From the NCBI GenBank assembly GCA_964016885.1, contig OZ024750.1, positions 8,370,001 to 8,434,000 of the forward strand: DNA of 64,000 nucleotides, written 5' to 3'. The notes beneath the pieces are model-generated. The model had not been told where the DNA came from and searched no databases. It worked only from the letters and a program-made list of their open reading frames with translations. Position 1 is the stretch's first letter, and every line of letters starts with the position of its first letter. Shown here one piece after another: positions 54,771 to 64,000 of this stretch. This DNA is from Eledone cirrhosa. Taxonomy: Eukaryota. Both the position numbers and the translations under genes were made by a program.

Positions 54771-56558
54771 GTATTGTAATCTTTTTAAAATAGCTGAGTC
54801 TATATATATTTCAATCTGTTCTTTTTTTTATCATTTTAAATAGGTATTAATGATGAAATTAAAAATATAAAAGTGAGGTGTGTGTATGTAAGTAAATTAA
54901 AGAAAAATTCTTAGTCTAGACGAAAAGTTTGTGTGACACAAATATATGTGTTTCTTAAATTATCAAATTAATGAAAAATTGATATTGAACCTCTGACACT
55001 TAAATTTATAAATTAAACTGATATTTTTAAAGTACTTGGAGGCGTCAGATTTTCTTAAAAATAACAATAAACATGTACACACACACACTTGTAAAGAAAC
55101 ATAGGGACACACTCGCACATGCGTACTCTTTCCCCACTCCCTTTCTTGTTCTTATACTTACTCTTTCATAAATATTCCAATGAAAAAACAAAAATTAAAT
55201 AAAGAAGGGTTTTGTTGGGAATGGTATGGTTAGAAGGTAGCTCCCCGAAAGCCAAGGCTGCAAGTCCGTTTCAATTCCTATCAGAAGCAACTCTATTTCA
55301 TTTATTCTGCATTTATGATCATAAAATAAGCTCATACCCTCATCTTACCCTACACATTTTGTGGTTTTTTTCATACTAAATAAGACATCAAAAGTTAAAA
55401 CAGAAAGAAACCAAAATAAATTAAATAACTTAGAAAAAATGTTTACAAAAATATCTCTGGTATGAATTTGAAGGAAAGGTGATGAATTGACAGAGTTGTT
55501 AGAGTGTCGGATTAAATGCCTCAGTGTTTGTTCTGACACTTTGTACTCTAGAGTTCAAATCTCACCATGGTTAACTTTGCCTTTCATCCATTTAGGGATG
55601 GATAAATAAAGTACCAGTCGAGGGACAGTGTATTGGCTGAATTGTTAAAGAGTTGGAAGGGATACTATGTTGTATCTGATCAAACACTGTACATTCTGAG
55701 TTCAAATCCTGCCTCTTTCTGCCACGAGTTGTAACCAGCAGATAGCAGATAACAGAAACATTGGAAAAAAACAACCAAAAGAAACATGGTTTCCTTGGTT
55801 CAATGTGATGATTGGCTCCTTTCCGATTATTATTATTTTTTTTTTTATGTATTAGAAATATTAATGAGATGCTAAAAAAGGGGAGAAGATCAAATAAGCT
55901 AACATATATAACAACAAAAAAATAATAAAATAAAGCGAAAAAAAAAGAAAAAATATAAAACAATAAAAAAGGAAAAATAAATAAAGAAATGGAAGAATTT
56001 TGGTAAAAAACAAGAAACATAAAAAAATTATTCAGTCCCTTGAAAAGCAGCCTTATTTTCAAGTACATCTAAAAAGCAAGAACTAAATTTTGTGGCATAA
56101 CATAAATTAACAGACAGTTTTTTTCATCACATATATATATAAAAAAAAAAAAATTAAAATTAAAATAAAATTTTAAAAAATAAATAAATAAAAAATATTG
56201 AATATTTTTTTTATCTCTAAATGAACTTTTTTGAAAAGACGCAAAAAAAAAAATATAACAAAAAAAAATAATAAACCAACAAACATACGAACTTTAAAAA
56301 GAAACAAAAAAAAGACATCAAAATTTGGAAGTACTATTATTCAACAATTTATAAAGTTCCATCTCATTTCTATTAAAATGTTTGCAGTCAGAGAAGCGAA
56401 CCTAAGAATTTTTTTGTCAAACCAATCGTTTCATAAAACAATTTTTTATCTGCCTTTTGTATGATGATGATAATGATGATGACGGTGGTGAAGAAGATGA
56501 TGATAATTATGATGATGATAATTGATAATGATGAAGTTGAAGATTATGATAATGATGA

Positions 56559-56589
<31 letters not shown>

Positions 56590-56683
56590 TTTGTTGTTGT
56601 TTTTGTTGTTATTCTTGTTGATTAAAATATTGACAATATCATGTACAAAATACTATAGTGAACACAAGATTTCAAATTTATAA

Positions 56684-56727
<44 letters not shown>

Positions 56728-56747
56728 CTGTGTCTTTGTGTGTAAAC

Positions 56748-56781
<34 letters not shown>

Positions 56782-57213
56782 GTGTGTGTGTGTGGTGTAT
56801 ATATGTGTGTGTATGTACATATATATATTTGTATATGCATTTACCCACATATATGCATATATATATATGTATATAAATATATTTATATACATATATATAT
56901 ATATATATATATAATATGTATAATATAAATATATGTATATGCGCATATATATGTATATAAATATATGCATATATATATATACTTGTGTGTGTGTGTATAT
57001 ATGTATACATATATCCAGTTCTGCAATGATACGTAAACACAAGATATATTTTCTCTCCATTTTATGGATGATGTTTATATGTATGCCTGCTTGCATGTGA
57101 TTGTGTAGATGAGTATACAAGTGTAGAGCTATATATATATATATATATGCACATGTATATGTGCATCACATATATGTGTGTCTCAATACACACATATATA
57201 TATTATATACATA

Positions 57214-57248
<35 letters not shown>

Positions 57249-57335
57249 TATACACACACATACACAAACATCTTCATATATATAATGTATGCAACTGGAA
57301 AATAATTGTTATGGTCATTAAAAAAATATATATAC

Positions 57336-57366
<31 letters not shown>

Positions 57367-57387
57367 AATATATATACAAATATATAT

Positions 57388-57438
<51 letters not shown>

Positions 57439-57701
57439 CAGGACATTCAATTTTGTTTAAGAATTTCATTTAATAAATTCTGTATACATATTCTATATGT
57501 GCAGACTACACCAGAATTTTTCTCTTTCAATTCATTAATATAAATTATTAAAATAAAATTACACTTGGCAGTTAAATTATATTTCTTTAAAGGTTCACAT
57601 TTGTATATGAAGATTTTACAGTGGATTGACAGAATTGATGGAGCCTTGATCCTGTGTGGCATTTAGTTTTGTGTTTTTTTTCAAATGAATATCCTTCATC
57701 G

Positions 57702-57845
57702 GCCATCTACATACTCTGAATGCCTGATTCCCTGGGCATGGATACATTAATGCTCTGAAGTCTGGCACAAACGAATACCCTCTCTCAGGCATCTACCATA
57801 CTCTGAATGCCTTGATTCCCTGGGCATGGATAGATTAAAGCTCCA
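57702..57845. repeat. Short direct duplication
   Basis: CATCTAC.ATACTCTGAATGCCT.GATTCCCTGGGCATGGATA occurs twice. Confidence 0.85.
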
Positions 57846-58767
57846 ACGTACGGCAGCTGACTTAGTAGACACCCTTCATTCAGGCACATGGATAAAAATG
57901 AAGGGCCAGTTTAAAAGTGCCTCCTCCATTTTACAGTGCTGGCCATGACTGGACCCTGAAACCATTAGTAGCACAGACATGTTAAGTGTATGAAGCTTTG
58001 TTTACACTATATATATATATATATATTATAAGGAAGAGCTCTTACCATATATATATTATAAGGAGGAGCTCTTACCATTTCAGTTCCAGACTCTACTATC
58101 CCAAGTATCGAGTACTCTGTTGAGTAATGGTCTAACTTTGGGTCTATGAACCAAAAGAACCCATCTTAAAGAATTCCTATTTATATTTAAATTTTCCAAC
58201 TGAGTGTATTTCTTTAGAAATACAGCCACAAAAGGTGTATAAAGTTGCTTTCTTGGAGGATATAATCAACCATATTAATAGAAGGAAAAAGTGGTTCTCT
58301 CTTGTGATAGCAGTTTAGTATTAGATGCACTAAAAGTAACAAGTCATATCCTACCCTACTCGGCAACAGATTAAAGGTTATATTTAATATCAGTCGACAT
58401 ATTCCTTTTATCAAACATATCAGATTTACTATTAGGACAAGAATCAAGATTTGTGTCATCAGCCTAGAGACAAATCTGAGAAAATATATCACTGGGAAGA
58501 TCATTGATGAACATTAAGAAGTGTAGAGGGCCCATGATAGAGTCATGAGTGACCCCTGTATTACTGAAGTGTTCAGGTCTGCTTAAAGCATTGTAGAATA
58601 AGAAAAATAATAGTCAGTTTGGAAGCCTCTACAATGCAGATGGGTAAATCTTCTGGCAACAAAATCCGATGGCAATAGGAGAAGAAGGAGGAAAAGGAAA
58701 ACAAACTGTAAATAAACGTAAAAGGTGTAAGGAGAAAAGAGGGAAAAGAAGATAGTAATAATAATAA

Positions 58768-58810
<43 letters not shown>

Positions 58811-59225
58811 CTACATTCAACTATCAGTTTGACAATCCCTTTCCTCCTAATAGATTTTTATGCCAATTCTACTATTAACACCATTCAACCATTCTGTTCA
58901 AAGAGTCATGACCTCAACTAAAGTGCATTACTTTTCATCTTAACACCATATGAAAAAAACAATTTGATTGGTTAGTTCTTCAAAAACCCCCAAACAAGGA
59001 CAAGATACTAACATACTACTAATTCTGAATAAAATTATTATTGTTTTTGAAAACAGCTGGTGATATGCATGTAAGTAAATATTCTCTTTATCTGATATTT
59101 TGTAACTAACCTTACATAGATCAATAACGGAGTATAGCTACAATGTATTATCATCACCTAGAAACGATCGTAAAGCAGTGACGTATATCTCTAATGACTT
59201 GATTTTTTATTTCATTGTTTTAACT

Positions 59226-59273
<48 letters not shown>

Positions 59274-60626
59274 GTAGTAATAATAAATGTGAAGACTAAA
59301 ATCCAAAGGGCTCGATAAGGATAATATATATATAAAAATATATAAAACCATAGAGCAAATATTTATTAAAATAACATTAAAATTTAAGCAAAGAACGCTG
59401 CTTTCTCCCTTAACGTATATATATATATATGATTTATATAGTCTCCCAGACTGATAACATTGTTACTAGGATTCACCAAATGGTTATATATTAACTGTTA
59501 TCAGTTATAAACCATAGAAACTCCAGGCATATCGAACAGAGTTTGTTTTTTGTCGATGCCATGATAGTGTAGGGATATAATTTACTTCTTCGATAAGGGC
59601 TGCTTCTTTGAATTAATTGCATAATTATTTTCAGATTTAACCTATAATTTGTATTGATAATACACGTTTGCTGTGAAAATTATTGCTTTGCTGATCTAAG
59701 GGAAACAATCCACAAATTAATACGTATAATTCTCCTAAAACCATCATGGTTCAAACCAACTTAATAAAACTACCAAATTACCTCCCTCACTTTTAAATTC
59801 TTATAATTACTTTTTACATTGCTATTTCTTGTTCTTCTTCTGGAACTCTTTTGTGTTTGAAGGAAAATAACACCATAGTTAGTATAATAAATAATATATA
59901 TTCCACAGAGTTAGTGCTCTTCTAACTTTGGATATTCTTTAACAAATTACACTACAGTTTCTCAAGGGTACTAAAAATACATTGTAAGAATCCACAGTAG
60001 TCTGGTCTATTAGAGTCTGGAATGGATCACTTGTTCCAGCCAGTAAGCTAGGAGGCGTTATTTTTATGTCCAGCTGATGAAATGGTCAATTTTGGTGAAA
60101 AATACCAAAGGAGTGGTCACATTTAGGCTATTCTTAGACAGTGGAGAGACAATAAGGTACAGTAGACTTCACTTTTTAGCCTTAATAATAATGAATATAT
60201 ATATATGATTTGGCCAGAGTAAATGCTAGAATCATTAAGCTTAGATTGGTCCTAAGTTAGACCATTTTCTCTGATACACATCACAATCAGGACTGAAAGA
60301 TGAAATAAAAGTTCACTGGAGTTTTGTGATACTAATGGTCTGACTATTTGGAATACTAACTTCAGAAAACCAGCCAACCATTTGTCAAGGCAAGCACGAA
60401 AGCCAAGTTGATTTTATCTTCACCAGAAGCCAAATCAAACAGATGGTTGTAAACACAAAGGCTCTCCCTAGGGAGGAGTGTACAACCCAACATAACTTAA
60501 TGATCAATAAAGGACTTTAACATCTGAAACTACTTTGCATTTTCTCATTCTAAATATACTTTGTCATTCCTCTGTGGAAAAAGTACGTAGAGTGCTTTAA
60601 TTGAATTGCATCAATGTTTACTGTAA

Positions 60627-60668
<42 letters not shown>

Positions 60669-60673
<5 letters not shown>

Positions 60674-60855
60674 AAAGGAGTCAGGACCCCGGCGGCTGAG
60701 CTCCAGCCGTTTTGACAGCTATTTCTGAAATGTCGAAACGCCTGGAGCTCGGCCATCGGGGTCCTGTATCTTTTCCTATTACCCACTCTACTACCCATAG
60801 TATCGAGTACTCTGGTACGTTATGGTCCACTTGGTTCCTTACCACACTTCCTTCA
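60669..60855 (+). mobile_element. Same repeat family, with inverted arms 60669-60717 / 60731-60779
   Basis: Shares GTCGAAACG.CT.GAGCTC.GCC.TCGGGGTC and the downstream tract with 8021-8140; flanked by (TA)n. Confidence 0.6.
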
Positions 60856-61049
60856 TTATATATATATATATATATATATATCATCATCATCATCATCATT
60901 TTACGTCCACTTTTCCCTGCTTGCAAGGGTATATATATATATAATATTCTCTCTCTCTGTATATATGTATATATATATCATATGTAATATGTATAGACAG
61001 GTACACACCTTAGAGTAATGAAACATATGTGAGATGAGGTTCTCATCTG

Positions 61050-61355
61050 TAAAGATGAAAGGCAAAGTTAAACTCGGCGGGATTTAAACTCAGAACGTAA
61101 AGGGCCATAACTCTATGCTGCAAAGCATAGTGTCTGAAGCTCCACTGATACTTCCAATCCACTGCCCTATGATGATATTAACAATAATTGTTTCTACGTT
61201 AGGCACAAGGCCAGCAAATACCTAGTGTATTACTGGTACTTTATTTTATCGACCCCGTAAGGATGAAAGGCAAAGTTAACTCAGAACTGCAAGGGCCGTA
61301 ACTCTATGCGCCAGAGCATGGCGTCCGACCCTCTACCAATACTGCCAATCCACCA
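61050..61355 (-). mobile_element. Two SINE copies
   Basis: Same consensus. Confidence 0.85.
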
Positions 61356-62202
61356 ATGATGATGATATGCGTAGTTAGCTAGATAGATATATATGGAGAA
61401 AAATATCTGCATTTCATAAGAAAAAAAAAATGACAAATGTTAAAATTTCAAACGTAAAATATACAGTGAACACTCCTAGTTAAGATCTGCTAGTATTCAA
61501 ATAAAGCAGGCAGCATTATATGACTAACAATAATTATCTATTACACTCATTATTCTGATCTTGAACAGAAATCAGGTTGAATTATGATAATGCTTATCAA
61601 TGTTTTTTTCATGTGAGTTTAACTCTGTAGGTGACATGACATAAAGCACCCAGTACACAATGTAAAGTAGTCATGTAGGTGATATGTCATAAATCACCCA
61701 GTACACAATGTAAATAGTCATGGAGGTCAGTGGTCGCCAACATGGGTTCCGTAAAACAAACTCCGAGTTCCTTAAAAAAATAAATATTTACATTACCATT
61801 AATATTTTGGGTTTTCTGAAAAAGGTGCAAAGAAAATGCCAAAGGTGCAAAGAAAATGCCAAAGGTGCAATGTATAAATGAACGAGTACTATTGTAGTGT
61901 ACACAGGTTCTCCACTCCAATTCGTGGAAAACACTACTTTTAGTTTCTCACTTGAATTAGCAGAAAAACACTGTTCTGAGATTCGTGGAAATTGAATTCT
62001 TGGAAAGACATAGTTTTCTGAATTCCGAGAATTTGACTACTACTGATAATACACTAATTGAACTTAGAAATTGATCAATCACGAACAAGTAAATGTTGGT
62101 CGATGACAGCATAACTTTAAACTGAAATCTTCAGTTCAGCCTAAAGCCTAAAGCCTTCTTATATTATATCTAACCTTGAGTCCAAATAAATAGGAGATAT
62201 AA

Positions 62203-64000
62203 AATAATAATAATAATGAAATTATTGTGTACAGTGCTCAGGTGCACTACAACTCATCAAAGGTGCATGTATAGTACATAGAATAATGTACAAATGTCAG
62301 GAAAATGAACAGTGTACGAGTCATGATATAATAACAATAACAATAATGAAATATTGTGTACAGTGCCCAGGTGCACCACAACTCATCAAAAAAGTGCATG
62401 TACAGTACATAGGGCAATGCACAAACATCAGTAAAATGAACAGTGTACGAGTCATGATACACACATGTGTGCATGTGTATGGAAGGGGTACATCAAGTGT
62501 AGTTTTGGCGTATTTCGGGAAGCATGAGTGTCTTAAAGGATGCAGTGTCTCGGCAGCTAACAATTGACGCAGGCAGTTTGTTCCATGCTTCAGCAACTCT
62601 GAGCGTGAAAAAATGTCTACGAAAGTCATGGGAGCTGTGCTGTTTTCTGATCTTGTAGGCATGTCCACGTGTGTTAGACACATGGAGATCAAAGAGGCGC
62701 TCAGGGTTGCAATTGGCGAGATGGTTAAAAACTTTGTGGGTATTCACCAAGTCCATTGCCAGACGTCGGAGCTTCAATGAATCCATGCCCAGGGAAGCAA
62801 GGCGTTCAGAGTATGGTAGGTGTCTGATGGAGGGTATGCGCTTGGTTGCACGTCTCTGAACAGTTTCCAGGAGGTCAATGTTCTGAGCAAGATAGGGGTT
62901 CCAGACTGATGATGCGAATTCCAAGTGTGGTCGTACCATAGCTGTATACAGTTTTAAATAGATGGCTGGAGAGCGGCTAACAAAGGTCTTGCTGAGTGAT
63001 GCCAAGACACCCTCGGCCTTCTTGACAATCTTAGAGACATGCTTTGTCCAACGCAAATCGTTGCTGACAGTAATGCCCAGGTCACGTTCACAAGAGGACT
63101 TTTTGATATCAGTGTTGTGGAGGGAGTATGTGGACGCTGGATTTTTCCTTCCAAAATGCATGGTGGTACACTTGTCCACAGCCAGCTTCAGTTGCCAGTC
63201 TGTGATCCATTGCTGCATTGTGTCCAGGTCTGATTGTAGGAAAGAGTTGTAAATTTCAGGATCAGTCCTTTTGATTTCAAGGTACAGCTTGATGTCATCT
63301 GCATATTTTAGTACCGTGGCATTCTGTAAGTTGGCATCTATGTCGTTAATATATGCCACAAACAAAAGAGGACCAAGAACAGATCCCTGTGGTACACCAG
63401 ATGACATCTCATATGGTGAAGAATGCTGTCCTAGAACCGTGACTACTTCTTTTCGGCTGAGAATGAAGGATTTCAACCAGTCGAAAAGATCATCCCTCAC
63501 ACCCATTGCAGAGAGTTTTGCCATAAGTCTTTTGTGTGGCACAGAATTAAAAGCCTTAGCAAAGTCAAGGTAAACAACATCCACCCATGAGCCGCTGTCA
63601 GTGATCCGGGTGATATCCTCAAGGAACTCGATAAGCTGATCACAGCAGCTGGAGTTAGGGATAAATCCAAACTGTGAGGGCCGGATGAGGCTGTGAGAGC
63701 TCCAGAAGTTCCAAAGTGTTTCTCTGACACAGGATTCCATCAGTTTGACCATACAGCTAGTAAGACTGACTGGACGATAGTTGACAGGTGACATGCGGTT
63801 GCCCTTTTTGAACAGGGGAATGACACTGGCAGTTTTCCACTGCTCCGGAGTAGCACCATTGTTGAGACAGTATTGAAAGAAGAAAGAAAACTGGCGCAAA
63901 AGGAAATACCCGCCACGTTTGAGAAGCAGGTATGTCACACCATCAAGACCAGGGGAGGCATAGTTGTGCTTATTCTTAAGGTGACGTCGCAACATTGCAG
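62203..64000 (-). mobile_element. CR1/L2-group LINE, 3' part, with duplicated 3' end and (TTA)n tail
   Basis: Open RT ORF running off the window; 3' UTR present twice; AAT-type repeats on the + strand at 62203 and 62329. Confidence 0.92.
62493..63995 (-). CDS. Non-LTR retrotransposon ORF2 reverse transcriptase (5'-incomplete)
   Basis: SPGLDG, W+.A.VIPLFKKG, NYRPVSLTS, QFGF, YLDFAKAF, SGVPQGSVLGPLLF..YIND, YADD, RPHLEFA..VWNP, TRGH motifs; no stops over 500 aa. Confidence 0.95.
   Translation of the reverse strand: MLRRHLKNKHNYASPGLDGVTYLLLKRGGYFLLRQFSFFFQYCLNNGATPEQWKTASVIPLFKKGNRMSPVNYRPVSLTSCMVKLMESCVRETLWNFWSSHSLIRPSQFGFIPNSSCCDQLIEFLEDITRITDSGSWVDVVYLDFAKAFNSVPHKRLMAKLSAMGVRDDLFDWLKSFILSRKEVVTVLGQHSSPYEMSSGVPQGSVLGPLLFVAYINDIDANLQNATVLKYADDIKLYLEIKRTDPEIYNSFLQSDLDTMQQWITDWQLKLAVDKCTTMHFGRKNPASTYSLHNTDIKKSSCERDLGITVSNDLRWTKHVSKIVKKAEGVLASLSKTFVSRSPAIYLKLYTAMVRPHLEFASSVWNPYLAQNIDLLETVQRRATKRIPSIRHLPYSERLASLGMDSLKLRRLAMDLVNTHKVFNHLANCNPERLFDLHVSNTRGHAYKIRKQHSSHDFRRHFFTLRVAEAWNKLPASIVSCRDTASFKTLMLPEIRQNYT

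Noticed and set aside
55800-56460. 3' UTR of a convergent minus-strand gene
   Set aside because: Only A-rich composition supports it; no exon found within the window.

Overview
AT-rich, microsatellite-dense eukaryotic DNA. The repeat content (tRNA-derived SINEs, RTE/CR1 LINEs, long (TA)n tracts) suggests an octopus-type cephalopod; this is inference. The window holds the 3' part of a phospholipase C epsilon (PLCE1-like) gene on the + strand. I assembled 16 exons by hand (3376-48036) that splice in frame to about 797 aa: X-Y linker, Y box, C2, RA1, RA2 and a basic tail. One intron (11443-11789) is a minor-spliceosome U12 AT-AC intron. The most interesting hidden layer is a set of short elements inserted next to (TA)n tracts that carry minimal type-I hammerhead ribozyme motifs (CUGANGA...GAAA, palindromic stem III) of the kind known from Penelope-like elements. 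Many of these are folded back into long inverted repeats, and one places mirror-image ribozymes on both strands. Also present: a twin-primed (5'-inverted) RTE insertion, piggyBac-, Tc2- and mariner-like MITEs with nested insertions, a strong antisense bias of intronic SINEs, and an open CR1-type RT ORF at the right edge. Almost all ORFs in the supplied track are microsatellite artefacts.
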